A stretch of 63,358 nucleotides of DNA, filler included, from Folioceros fuciformis (taxonomy: Eukaryota), in NCBI GenBank assembly GCA_049999805.1. It is 13 parts of 13 records of this genome, joined end to end, with 100 filler letters (N's around TTAATTAATTAA, not from the genome) between each part and the next. Parts side by side here need not be neighbours in the genome. Positions count along the whole stretch, not along the records: positions 1 to 9,437 come from JBNGIO010005662.1; positions 9,538 to 19,408 come from JBNGIO010005664.1; 11 more parts are not named here. One strand, given 5' to 3'. Below the pieces are notes generated by a model. The model was not told the DNA's origin and did not search any database. It saw only the letters and a list, made by a program, of their open reading frames with translations. Shown here one piece after another: positions 1 to 12,509 of the stretch. How positions within the stretch are numbered: position 1 is the stretch's first letter; the number at the start of each line of letters is the position of its first letter. The position numbers and the translations under genes are program-made.

Positions 1-1193
1 CGGTACATACAACACATCAAAGAGCTGCAAGGAGGTGCCATCCAACAGTGGTATGTTAGCCTAACCACTTCCTTCAACCTCAAGTCCCCTATAGTCACCA
101 ACATATACAGTATGAAAAGGTGTCTAATAGCTAAACATAGAAAATAGATTCCTGTTATTGTAGATGTGCGAAGTGGACTTGGAGTCCACAAACCACATGG
201 AGGAGTTCTCCTTACTTGAGGTGAGACAAACAATTAGAATAGAACTGCTACTCTTGTGCTGCTGTACTCCTGAAGGTGCTCCCTTGGTACTAACTTGAGC
301 CACAGGGCGACCCTCCTTCTTTGGTTCACCTGCCTTTTTCTTCCTACAGTCACGTTCCCAATGCCCTGGGATTTGACACCAATTGCAGGTGCCCTGTCGC
401 TTCACAATAGGGGAGGAAGATTGACCAGGTGAGTATCCCTCCTTTTTGTTCGTATTGCTGCGTCCTGGACCTTTTCCTTTTGAAACGTAAAGCACCTTCT
501 CTCCCCAAGGCGAGACGAAGGCCCTGACTTCTGGCGGCTCTGTTCCTCTTGCACGAGGACCCCAATCAAGTCATTCAACGTTATAAGAGAAGGTTTACCA
601 GCACTCACAGCCTGATAAGAAGCTTGAATGGAGGTATTACGGCTTGACACAAAGTTTTGATAAGAAACTGAAAAGCTGGAAAATAGTTGAGCAACCACAT
701 CCACTTTAGTCATAGTGCATCCAAGAGCAGCTAGTTGAGATCATAGATGGCGAAACTTCACAATATGTGGTCCCACTGGATCTCCATTGTGCAACTTCAG
801 GCCATAGAATTCAATTCTTACATGTATAAGTGTAAGAATATTTTGGACCTGGTAAGTGTCCTTCAACTATGTCCAAACTTCTACTGCAGTTGGCAAGGAC
901 TCAACTTCAATCACTGTTGTCTCATCCAAGCCTGAGAGTAGAATAACAAAGGCTATTTTATTTCCCTTCTTCCACTTATCAATCATGTCTTGTGTAACTC
1001 GTGGATCAGTAGGATCAGGCTTGGGAAGTGATCTGTCAACATACTTCCACACATCCCTAGCGTCCAAGAAGGCTCGCATCCGAGCACGCCAGCTTTCGAA
1101 TCAGGAGGATTTCCCATCAAACCTATCCTTTTCTTTAAATTCACCTGAATAAGTTGCTCCAAAAGAAGTCGAGGCACCATTGGCTGATGTCAT
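1..1193 (-). pseudogene. gag: Copia gag-protease, frameshifted
   Basis: ORF pieces 867-1079 (MRAFLDARDVWKYVD, Copia gag N-terminus), 402-713 (LVQEE) and 124-495 (CX2CX4HX4C knuckle, WFVDS). Confidence 0.9.
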
Positions 1194-2470
1194 GTTGAAG
1201 GGAATAGGAGCAACTGGTTGAGAAACAGGAGGACTAGAAATTGATCTAGCAAGCTCTTGTAGTGTCAAAGTAATTTGGGTATTTAACCTAATTTGGTCTT
1301 CAACTTCAGAATCGGTAGTGGCATATTTGTCAGTAGAATCAGGCTCAACTACATCTTTTGACTCACTACTAGAAGAGTGGGCAGACATGCACAAAGATGA
1401 AGAGTTAAAACAAACAGAAACCAAAAAAAACTTAATTAAGGTTTCCTTTTTTTTTTTAAGTTTTAACTAAGTACCGGTTCGAAATACCCAGAAAACTCAA
1501 AGACACCAAAGCCGAGACATGAAAGGTCACAACTCAAGAAAGGGAGATGCTACACGGGAGGCAGGCATGCGCATGTGGCAGCGCCACGAGAGCTCAGGGC
1601 TAAGTCTCGATCAAGGCACAAGCTCCAAACACGCCGCATCAAACCTCGACACCAGAACAGCAGGGGCCGTCGCCGCAAGTGCAGGAGCAACCGACAGGGG
1701 AAACCCCACCGATCAGCACCAGCCACTCTCGCCCTAGCTTGAGCGCGCCTCTTCAAATCTGAACTGGTCAGAGCAAGGCTGGAGCTCGTGACAGAGCGCG
1801 AGGCGGCCTTAGGGACGAAAGATACATTGCCACCTTGGAATCGCAAGCAGAGACAGTAGATTTCGAGCACTCGATCAGCAGCAGCAACTCTTGAGCAGCA
1901 GAGCAATTCTAGGCTACCACGTCTTCAAGAGATGTAAATCTCTGACTGATCATAGGCATGAGTTGTAACAGCATCTGCTTGGTTCTGTGCACCTGTGTTT
2001 GCAGATCCAACAATGGCAACAAGGATTCCCGAAACTCATCACAAAGTTGTTGACACCGCTCCAAGACACCTACTCGATTCACTCGAAGCTTGTGTTCCCT
2101 TCGAAAACATCCAGGTTGTCTTTTCTTTGTTGGAAATCGGGCACTCTTGAATAGATTCCTCACATCTCTCCGTCTTGGACATGCAGGCAGATCACAAGCA
2201 ACTTGTTGCAGACTGAGGTAATCGGGATGAAGTGATTCAAAAACCCGACACCCTCTAAAGGCCTTTGGCCATAGTGCCTTTGCCTCATGTGGCTAATCTA
2301 GAAAAATTATTTAGGAAATTTTCCCTAGGCACCCATGAACATCTAACACTTCGAAACTTTGTAAGTTCTGATCAGAACCTTAGCACACTGAGTTCCCATT
2401 CAGCAAATTGCTCAGCAAGACTCATGTGCACAGGCATATGACCAATACTACAAATCAAAATGTTGTTTAA

Positions 2471-2482
2471 GCTCTGATACCA
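2471..2482 (-). promoter_or_regulatory. Primer-binding site, tRNA-iMet
   Basis: The minus strand reads TGGTATCAGAGC immediately inside the LTR. Confidence 0.93.
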
Positions 2483-2646
2483 TGATACGCTGCGGAAATA
2501 TTTTGTGTACAAAGAGAATTGTGAAAAAGCACTTGAATAATGAATGAGATCCAAATATATACAAATAAAAGTATTAACTGTAGTTATGGTAATTAACCAC
2601 TAACCTAAGTCATGTTAACCTAGGGTAAAAGGCATTTACTCTAACA
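2483..2646 (-). repeat. 5' LTR (164 bp)
   Basis: AT-rich, TG...CA termini, abuts the PBS. Confidence 0.8.
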
Positions 2647-4473
2647 GTTGAGACCTCGTCTCCCTTTCTGGTAAGATGTTGCTAAGTTGCAGCTATAAAT
2701 GTGGATGAGGTTGGGGTTTGCTGGCTGATGGTGCAAGTGTCCATGGTTGTTGTCCCTACTGTTCCTGCATGCTAGTCTTGCTAGTGTGTTGCTGGCCAAG
2801 GAGACTTGGTGTCTGGTAGGAGGTAAGGTCAGGTGCCATCAATTTGTGGGGTAGCGTAGGAGAGTTCTGACCCACGGGGAGGAGAACAAGTAGAGGAGTA
2901 GAGGTGAAGGTCATTGTAGTGTTTAGAGTTGCAAGGCACCGAGAGTGCTCAAGGCCTGGCAAGGAGCTTGAGGCTGTGGTTCCTCAAATTTGCCCTAATT
3001 GGTGTCTGTGTTTCTGATGTGGCATTGGCAGGATCTGATGGGGGAGGGTTGCAACCTGGTTGTAGCTTCCTCCTACAGGTTCTGACTTGTGGTTTCCAGT
3101 ACTTGGAGTGAGGGGGCTGTAGGCAGTACCAGCTACAGCAGCTGAGAGTGTGAAGATCTGTCCATAGGTCGGCAGTGGCGACCTGAACCGTTGGTAGGGT
3201 AGCAGTGACAGTCCTGACCTGTCTATAGTTGGCAAGTCTGTTAGAAATTGAGTAGTACCTCTGACCGAAGATAGCAAGGTCAGAGTAATTTGGATGGAAG
3301 AGGGATGTGAGATGTGAGAAGTGTGAAGTGGGAGGTTGCGTAGTCAGGCCAAGGGTGATAGACCTGATTTGTCTGCAGCTAGACGAGTCCTGACTAGGGG
3401 TCGCAAGGTCAGGAGTAGAGGGTCAGCAGTTGGATGTAAGAGTTGTGAAGTTGTGGAGTTAGGAGAAGTCATCTCATACACTACAGATTGGGAACACCAG
3501 CCACTCTTTGGTGGGATCGAAATCCATTCTATACTAACGATAGTGGGATAAGTATGGCCACTATAGGACGGAGCTTAGGGAGTCCCACTCCCCGAGATTT
3601 GGCCGCCACACCAAGTGTCTGCAAAGAAAGACTGAGCAACCTGGAACTTAAGTGAAACAGTAAGTACCTCTTCATGACGGTTGGTTTTCAGCTGAACCCT
3701 AAAAACAAAAACTGAATGGACACTCTTGACCTCAAAACGACCTGTGAACGTACACAAATTTGCTAAGTTGGCTGCCAAGATGAAGGGACAAGATTGATCT
3801 TGACAACCCTTGAGATCCAAATGCTGCAGCGCTAGCACTTAATCCAAATGCTGCAGCGCTAGCACTTACAAATGCGCCTGAACTGAGATTAGAGTGAGGT
3901 CGAGCAAATCTGCTCATGCACGAGGATCTTCACAGGAGATTGAATTGATGCTAAATGATCCCTTGCTAAAATTTCACTTATGTTGCTCGCAGATGCGCCG
4001 CACAACAACTCCAAGAAATTGGAAACGGAATTGCGAATTGCTGAGATCCAATTTGTCAGCAATCCCTAGTGACAACAAACGAAAGCAAGCGCAAACTCCT
4101 CTTGGTCAGCAATTGTTGTCACAAGGTGAGCCTCAATAATTAACGGGCATTACTCCAGCATTCTTACGAAAAGATCTAAATTCACAAAACTGGAATTTCC
4201 TAGTTTTAGATCTTCCTTGTCTTTTGAAAACTGAGATTATCTGAAAATGTGATTGCAGCGGCACTGCATAGTAGAAGTTCTTTGCCCTGTTGAATTTGGC
4301 TGAAAACATCTCACAAGCCGGGTTTGAAGATCCTAGAAGAACTGATTCTCTACTTGTATAGAGAACACATTAGGGCGCCTTACTCCCCAGTGTGCCATTG
4401 CGAAACTAGATTTAGGATCATTTGTAGTTTTTCATAGAATTCTTACTTAGAAGTTTTATGAAGAAACTACTTA
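2647..4473. mobile_element. Unclassified retroelement-derived sequence (LTR/leader-like), host of two Copia insertions
   Basis: TATAAAT at about 2694. 3500-3570 loosely resembles 50370-50430 and 34203-34262. A PBS-like GCCACACCA sits at 3605-3613. No recognisable protein domain. Confidence 0.4.
3815..3868 (+). repeat. 27-bp tandem duplication
   Basis: ATCCAAATGCTGCAGCGCTAGCACTTA x2. Confidence 0.9.
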
Positions 4474-4707
4474 TGTTGATAAAGAATATGTACCCAAAAC
4501 ATCAGACCACCTCACGCATACACATGAAAGCACAAAGAAGTGTATTCTTGCATTGAAACAGCGATACAAAAGGGCTCTGTTCGTAACCATCTCAACCCTA
4601 ACTTAAAACACGAAACGCCATTTAGCGAAATGCTACACTACGTAACGCTCCACTTAAATACCAAACGTTATTCCATATTAGGGCTGGTATACCCTAGTAT
4701 TTTAATA
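4474..4707 (-). repeat. 3' LTR (about 234 bp)
   Basis: Follows a polypurine tract. The + strand starts TGTTGA and ends TTAATA (probably CA mutated to TA). Confidence 0.72.
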
Positions 4708-5268
4708 CCCCCTCTCAGGCCAAATACGCAAATCAACGGTTAAGGCCGTGTGGAGCGGTGTCAGGATGAGCAATGACACTCGTCTCAACAGCACCGCCCC
4801 GTGCCTTAGTCTTACCCTAACGCGTGCCGCCCTACCAAGAGATTGCGCCTCCGCCCGAGATGGCTCCCGCCGGATTCCTCTGCCGCTAGGGAGCTGCTGC
4901 TGATACTGCCTTGCTACAGCACGCAACACGCCGAGCAGGAACAAGATACACAGCTACCTGAGGAAGAGCACAATGCCCTGTTGCGCAGTGTGTTTACGCT
5001 GCCGTGCGAGTATGGAAGGGAACACCAAATGGCCAGAAAAGGAAAACTGAGCTGAGCATCCATACGGGTAAGCGACGCCATCAGCTGTGTCTGATTGTGT
5101 GGGGAAGTGTGAGCTTCATCCAAGCCACAACTGTGGCTGCTGACGTCTGTCCCATGATCGCTTTTAGGTACTCCAAAGGTACAGATCGAGTGCTGGTGGC
5201 GTTCGCCGTGGCGGCACAACAAGTTTGCTGGGCGCCCTAACCGCCACGCGCGCACATGCTCGCGGAGC

Positions 5269-8200
5269 TTAAGAAGGTGCCACTTGATTAATGGCATCGG
5301 GGGTAGAGCTGAAATAAGTTTTGTGTTCTTCTAACCCCAGTGACAGTCGATGTTGCTCATGTAGTAGCTTTGACAATCCTTTTGTGAGCATATCTGCCAA
5401 ATTCTGAGCTGTAGGAACATAGACAAGCTCTATGATCTTCCGCTCTACTGCCTGTCTGATGTAATGGAACTGGATTTCAATATGTTTGGAACGGGCGTGT
5501 AGGATAGGGTTTGCAGATAGTGCGATGGCAGATTGGTTATCGCACTGCAAGGTTGTAGGCGAGCTTTGCTGAACTCCGATCTCTGAGAGAAACTGACGAA
5601 TCAAGCATATTTCCCTGGCAGCTAATGACAGAGCACTGTACTCCGCTTCAGTTGAGGATAGGCTGATGGTGGTCAGTTTCTTACTTTGCCAGCTTACTGC
5701 CGATCCACAGAGGAGGGTGCAGTACGCTGCAATCGACCGTCTACCATCAATGTCACCGGCCCAATCCGCGTCGGAGAAGCAAGTAAGTGCGAGGTTGTTG
5801 CTTCTTGTATACTTGAGGCAGAGATGCCTAGTTCCTTTTAGGTAACGCAGGATCCGTTTTACAGCAATCTAGTGTCTGCTGCCGGGGTTTGACAGGTAAC
5901 GGGATACGACCCCTGTTGCTTGAGAAATGTCTCGTCTGGTCCAACATGCCAAGTACAGGAGGCTACCCACAACTTCGCGATAAGGTATGTGGGCCATCTC
6001 AGCCTTGTCTTCATCTGATGTAGGACAGTCTTGTACAGACAGCTTCTCTCGTGCTGCAACTGGAGTAGAGACAGGGTTGATGTCTTGTAAGTTGAACTTG
6101 GTGAGGATCTGCCTGATGAAGTGCTCTTGGTGTAGGGTGACTGAACTGTCAATATGATTGAAAGAGAACTGGATACCAAGGGCGAACTGAAGGGGACCGA
6201 CATCAGTCATATCCCATTCATCCGAGAGCTGCTTCTTAACTCTGGTGAGTATGCTTTCGTTGCTTGCAAAAATAAAGTTATCATCTACATAGAGTGCAAT
6301 GATGCAAAGGGCGTTGGTGGTCTGCAGAATATAGAAGCGGCAGTCTGCCGAAAGTGGAACGAAACCAAGTGAGCGAAGCTTTTTGTCGGCTCTCCCGTTC
6401 CAGATACGGGAAGATTGCTTCAACCCATAAAGCGACTTCAGCAGTTCGCAGACCAAGGTAGGATCTTCAATGTAGCCCTCGGGTTGCTCCATGTAAATAA
6501 CTTCGTCCAATGGCCCATTTAGAAAAGCCGTTTTGACGTCCATTTGATGGACGATAAGGTGATTCTGAATTGCATAACACAGTAGAATCCGCATAGAAGT
6601 TGGTTTCACTACAGGGCTGAAAGTCTCATTGTAGTCTAGTCCTTGGACTTGGGTATAGCCTCTGGCTACTAAGCGTGCTTTGTACCTAGCCACTGATCCA
6701 TCTGGGTTTGGCTTAAGCTTGAAAACCCATTTCGAGGTGATGGGTTTGCGTCCTGCAGGTAATTTGACGAGCTTCCATGTCTGGTTATCAATTAGTGATT
6801 TATACTCGCTGTCAATTGCCTTCTGCCATTCTGATCTTTGTGGGGACTGCAGGGCTTCTTTGAAAGACATTGGCGTGTCTGGAGGATCCATCACGGCTAA
6901 AGCCATATGGTGTGCCATTTGAGCAAGGCTAGCGCGTACATTGTCAGAGGCAGCAATTGAGCCAGAGACTAAGCTGTCACCAAGTTCATAGGGTGGATCT
7001 AGCCATTCTGAACGGGAACGATGAGTCCTATCAGATCTGTGGAGAACTGGTGGAATGTTCATCACTGGTGGTAAGGGCTGATCCAAACCATCTTGTACTG
7101 GTGCATAGTTGGCGTCGGAAGTGTTAACAGCGTCACTGTCATCAGGTGCGTGGTCCTCGGGGGGTAAACCCCCGTTGTCTGGAATTCCTAGCGGATCATC
7201 CTCATCAGGTGTAAGGGCTGGAGTATCAACCACAGTCGCTGGTTGAAGAGGTATGTCGTCGTGTGAGTCATAGGAAGACTGCTGGTAATCAGAGTAAGTG
7301 TCGGCATCCTCTGTTTGGGGTACTGGTGAGTGACCGTATACTGTTGGTGACGTTGGGAGTTCGTGGCTTGTAACAAAGCGAAGATGGGAGTTGAGGATAA
7401 AGGTTTCATTGAAGCTTACGCTCCTTGCTATAGTTAACTCCCTTGTTAAAGGGTTATATATCTTGTATCCCTTAACTACGTCGGAATACTCGACGAAAAC
7501 ATACTTGCTTGCTCTGTTGTCCATCTTTTGTCTTTTGTCGGAAGGAATGTAGGCATAGGCTGATGCACCAAATATCCGCAGGTGTGATATGCGAGGTTTA
7601 TTTCCAGTCCACCTCTGATACGGTGTGGTGTCATACAAAGGCTTCAACGGCAGTCTGTTGGTGATGTAGTTCACTGAATCGACTGCTTCTGCCCAGTATG
7701 CCCGGGTAAGTCCTGCCAGTGCCAATGTTGCTCTTGTCCGTTCCTATAGTGTCCTGTTGTAACGTTCTGCAAAGGCATTCTGGGGTGGATGGTAAGGTAC
7801 CGTCAATTGGTGAATGATGCCTTTCCTTTTGCAAAACTCAGTGAACTCAGCACTAATGTATTCCTTGGCATTGTCGCTGCGCAGGCGTTTAATCACATGG
7901 CTAGTTTGTGCTTCCGCCATAGCTGTGTATTCCACAAACTTGGCAAAGGTCTGCTGGCGACTATGCAAAAAATAGAGTTGGCAGTAATGACTCCACTCGT
8001 CCATGAAAGATAGAAAATAGATAGCTCCACCAAATGATTGTGTGGACATGGGTCCACAGATGTCCGTATGTACAACTTCTAGCAAGGCTGTAGCTCGAGT
8101 TGGTGAAGGATCGTTATACGGTTTTTGAGTGAGTTTTCCGTACTGGCAGCCTTCGCAGAACAATGTATCCTCAGATTGAAAAGTGAGCCCATCCTTATAC

Positions 8201-9363
8201 ATATCCTTGCTCTTGGTTATGTGCTTTATATAGGATAAGCTTGGGTGGCATAGTCTACAATGCCAGAGGAAAGTCTTGCTAACATTTGGTTGTGCGTCAG
8301 CAACATAGGTTTGCTGCTCAGTGGGCTGATCTTGACTAACCTTCAGACTGTACAGGTCATGGAAGGCAACCCCCTCTCCCAATGGAGGGGAAAGTTCCTG
8401 TGAAGAGGAGATAATACAGGAAGTTGGTCTGAAAAGGACTTGGAGGTCATGCTCAGTAACAAGCTTTCGGATGGACAACAAGTTCTTCGTCATCTTGGGG
8501 ACATGTAGAACGCCCTTTAAGGTAATCCTATGTCCATGATTGAGCATGAGTCTCACAAAACCTATCCCTAGAATGGCGAGGCCACTGTCATCTCCTAACA
8601 ACACAAACTAACTTGTGGTAGGTGATGAATAAGTGAAGAACATCTCCCGAGTCTGACATATATGGTTAGTAGCACCTGAGTCCAGGAACCAAGTATGTTT
8701 GTCAGCATTGGTGAGTGACAGGCAGGTCACTAGGATAGCAGGTGCTTTTTTGTTTCCACTGCCGCTCTGTGGTCTAACAGCGACATGTGTCTCGAGTGCA
8801 GGCCGCCTAGGCTCTCCGGCCTGCTTTTTTCGACATTCATTTTCATAGTGCCCGGGAATGCGACACCAGTTGCAGGGACCCTTGACCCTTCGAGGCCCAG
8901 AGGTACTTCCTGAACCATTATAGGGGCGTCTAGCGCCATTGTGTGGTCTATAGGCTCCTCGGCCTCGGCCTCTCCCTCTCCCTCTGGAAGTGTATAGGAT
9001 CTGATGCTGTTGTTGGGGTGCAGGCCGCCTTGTTCCCAACCTGCTGGACTCCTCTTCGAGTAGAGCGCCAACTGTTTCAGATAAGGTAATGGTAGGTGTT
9101 GCACCTGTAGATGCTGCGTTAACAGCTTGTCTAATTATAGAAGCTTGCGAGCTGACAAATGTCCGGTAGCTTGTAGGCAGGGATGTAAGTAGAGCTGTTG
9201 CTGCATCCAATTCTGAAATGGTTGCCCCTGCTGATGCTAATCTTGCACGCAGAGTTCGGAATTGGTGCACATGGTGCTCGATTGTATCGGATTCCTTCGT
9301 CCGGAGGGAGTAAAAAATACGGGTGGCATTTACAAGTGACATGGCATCTTTTGCAGCAAACAT
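5269..9363 (-). pseudogene. pol: Copia gag-pol polyprotein, one frame broken only by in-frame stops
   Basis: ORFs 8608-9363, 7744-8604, 5869-7725 and 5269-5604 share one frame. Motifs: CNWCRIPGHYENEC, WFLDSGATNH, LWHCRLCH, HTDICGP..SDNAKEY..AERYNRTL, YKARLVARGY, QMDVKTAFLNG, LYVDD, DADWAGD, ADMLTKGL. Confidence 0.96.
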
Positions 9364-9437
9364 GTCCTTGAATACTTTCCATACAGCAGCTGTTAAGTTC
9401 GCATGTAGCGGGAGGTGAGAGCCGGAGGGCGAGAGAG

Positions 9438-9537
9438 NNNNNNNNNNNNNNNNNNNNNNNNNNNNNNNNNNNNNNNNNNNNTTAATTAATTAANNNNNNN
9501 NNNNNNNNNNNNNNNNNNNNNNNNNNNNNNNNNNNNN
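9438..9537. other. Artificial contig-joining linker (N44-TTAATTAATTAA-N44), first of 12
   Basis: The identical 100-nt linker, with stops in all six frames, occurs at 9438, 19409, 27245, 30785, 34268, 37939, 44855, 48732, 51832, 53337, 57138 and 59152. Plain 100-N gaps occur at 57714 and 60660. Confidence 0.97.
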
Positions 9538-10790
9538 ATCCACCTCTTCATGTTGCCGTTGATTCTGAACCCGTTGTTCTTGCTGACAATGATGGTCTTG
9601 ATCCAAATCCAGATCTTGATCGTGATGATGAGGATGTACCAGAACATGTGTGCTGTTATCCTGCAAGAGAAAGATGGGCACCAGACTATTATCAGTCTCA
9701 AGATTCCAGGACACCCTCTGTACATGCTATTGCTCTTGATCCCATAGAGCCTCAGTTTTATGAAGAAGCCTTGAGTAGCCCTGATGCTGCAGAATGGAAA
9801 AAGGCCATCCAATCTAAATATGATTCATTGATCAAAAATGGAATATGGGAATTAGCTAAGTTACCTCATGGACGCAATCCTGTATCTTGCAAATGGGTTT
9901 TTAAATTGAAAGTTAAAGCAGATGGCACCTTTGATTGTTATAGAGCTCGACTTGTTGCCTGAGGCTTCTCTCAAGTGCCAAGTCTAGATTACCTAGAAAC
10001 ATATGCTCCTGTTATGAAGTTGGCCACCTTTCGTACTATTTGTGCACTTGCAGCACACAATGATTATGAGTTAGATATGTTTGATGTAAAGATAGCTTTC
10101 TTACATGGAAAACTGGACACTGAAATTTACATGCAACAACCACCTGGGTATGAGGTGAAAGGAAAAGAAGACTGTGTCTTACGCAGATTAAAACCCTGTA
10201 TGGGTTGAAACAATCTGCCCTTGAGTGGAATGCTGTTCTTGATGAAGAACTGCAATCCCTAGGTTTTGTTAAATGTGTCTTAGATAGAAGCTTATATGTT
10301 TACAGATCTAAAGTTGTAGTATGTTACCTGGCTGTATAAGTAGATGATCTTATATTGGCTTGTAACAGTCCTACCTTCATCAAAGACATAAATAAGGTGT
10401 TATCAACCAAGTTTGAGATGACACACCTAGGTGCTCTACAAAGTTGCTTTGGTATATTGATTCAGCGTGACAGGCAAAAAAGGACTATTTCTTTAACACA
10501 GCCACGTCACCTGTTAAATAGTGCTGAACAACTTGGTTTGAAGGATGCCAAACCATCAACTACTCCTTTACCTTGTGAATTGAAAATGAGCAAATCAATG
10601 TGCCTTGACACACAAACAGAAAAAGATCAAATGAGAACAATACTCTACCGACAGGCTGTAGGAAAACTTATCTATGCTGCAAATACTACAAGACCATAAG
10701 TAGGTTATGCTACAAGTGTGCTTTCATAATATATGGAAAATCCAGGTCAAACACACTGGACAAGTGTTAAAAGAGTTTTCAGATATCCAA
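9538..10790 (+). pseudogene. pol: Copia reverse transcriptase fragment, decayed
   Basis: EPQFYEEAL..WKKAI, CKWVFKLK, YRARLVA, DVKIAFLHG, YRQAVGKLIY..TRP; multiple stops and frameshifts. Confidence 0.93.
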
Positions 10791-10829
10791 TGACAATAAG
10801 GGCTAATGTGGGCCTTTTGGTGATTGTTG

Positions 10830-12290
10830 GGTTGAAAGGGTCACTCCACAGCACCAAATGATCCAGCCTCGAAGACTAGGAGGATTAGGGCTAGTGGATC
10901 CCATATGCAAGTCTAAGGCGCTACATGCACAGTGGCTCATCAAGGCAGTCGACCCATCCCCTTATCCATGGAAGAGCTTCATCACTCAACATCTAGAGCG
11001 CACTCAAGCTGTTCCACAGGGGAATCGATGTGTAGACAACATCTTGGCAGACAGGCCTATATTGGATACTAGCAATTGCTCCCCACTTTTCAAGGCGATT
11101 TGGTCTAGCTATCTGGAGGTTAAGAATCTCCTATGCCATGCTCATCCTCTCACGTTGGATGACGTGCTGGGGTTTCCCCTACAGGGCTTTCAAGAGTTTT
11201 TCTCGTGGGTTAATCAATCCCAAATATTCAGCAGGGCTGGTAGACAAGGCCTCGTGCGAGTGGGCCACCTATGGAATATGTATGAAAACTGCTGGAAGGA
11301 TATCGACGTGTTGGAGGAGAAATTTGGTCTCCCTACCCACCATCTAAAGATCATGTTTAGCTGTTGTAGAAATGGTATGGCAGAAAGTGGTAGATGTGCA
11401 TTATGGGCGCAAGCAGAGGTTGGTACGGACTTGTGAGGATCTTATGCGATGGAAGGCAGGGACTACTAGGAAGATGTAGGGGATGAAGCAGTCCTCCCTA
11501 ACTTCGACCAAGCAATCTATATCTCCAGACTGAGCCATCAACCTGTCGCCATATCCTTTCCTGCTGTTTCTCCTACTAGGCTACTAGAAGGACATGGTAG
11601 AAAGGATAGGGACACTAGCAATGGAGCCCTACGACCAATCATGATTTTGTCCCGCTCCATCAGAGCGGGCAAGTGGCTTACTGGTGACGAGCTTCCTAGG
11701 GGCCAGCAACCTACTACCATAAACAGGCAAATCTGTTGGTTTTGGCTTGCAAAGAACTGAGAGCTCACCATGCGCCCTAATCTCTTCCGGTGGCCCAACC
11801 GATCAAAGGGTCCCACAAAGTCTTCACGTTCCTTCTTTAATGTAAGCATTGTAGATATTTACCAATGGTTCATCAAGAAACAAAGGAGTAGCAAGCGTAA
11901 TCCGGTGGCTCCTAGATTCAGACTACCGGTTGCTTGGCGATACTCCGCAATCAAGCTCCTTTGGACGGCTGTAGGCATCCCTCCTAAGGTCAGGTTACTG
12001 GTTTGATGCTTGTTTCAAGCTTGTTTACCTACGGCGGACCAGTGGGATGGTTTGCTTGTTGCAACAGGGGAGGAATTTTGTAGGATGTGTACCCTTGATG
12101 CCCCAGCAAAAGCCAACATCTATTCTTCCATTGTGCCTATGCTCAGGAAGTCTGGGGGGAAGTCGGCAGTTTGTTGCAGCACATCTTTCCAACAGCAAAT
12201 GCTGATATTACGGAACAGACATCAATCTTCGGGCTTAGGGAACCTTCTAGCAAGCCTCTTTCCCGGTTCCAATGGTGGAATTTAGAAACC
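10830..12290 (+). mobile_element. Non-LTR (L1/Tx1-like LINE) ORF2 C-terminal remnant with zf-RVT-like domain
   Basis: QPRRLGGLGLVDP..KALHAQWL..W matches the post-RT PxxxGGLG motif. LW..GIPPKVRLLV*..LPT..CRMC followed, after a frameshift, by LFFHCAYAQEVW matches the CCHC zf-RVT signature. Confidence 0.82.
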
Positions 12291-12316
12291 TATGGGAAAA
12301 GAAAAGATAGATTTAT

Positions 12317-12509
12317 TGTTGAGGGCCTGTTTCATATAGCCCTAGTTTGCGGTTAAACCGCCACAGTTAAACTGCCTAAACTACTTAATTGTTTTGATTG
12401 TCTTAACTATATCTAATAACTACTTAGGTTAGTTATATAACCCTAAACTAAACCGTGCCCGAAACTTCTCTTACTCCTTTCTGTCGGTGCCACCTTGGTG
12501 GTAGCAACA
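12317..12509 (-). repeat. 3' LTR (193 bp)
   Basis: TGTTGA...GCAACA next to PPT GAGGGGGAG on the minus strand. Confidence 0.82.

Larger units (their letters stand above)
1..2646 (-). mobile_element. Ty1/Copia LTR retrotransposon, 5' part (LTR, PBS, leader, gag, protease), decayed
   Basis: TG...CA LTR followed by an iMet PBS. Frameshifted gag with CNWCQIPGHWERDC knuckle, and a protease-like WFVDSKSTSH motif. Confidence 0.92.
4474..9437 (-). mobile_element. Ty1/Copia retrotransposon, near full-length (gag-PR-IN-RT-RH, PPT, 3' LTR)
   Basis: Copia domain order with IN before RT. PPT at about 4708-4718 followed by LTR 4474-4707. Confidence 0.96.

Noticed and set aside
9482-9493. Regularly recurring TTAATTAATTAA palindrome as a biological motif
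   Set aside because: It is always centred in N-runs of fixed length, so it is a synthetic six-frame-stop linker.
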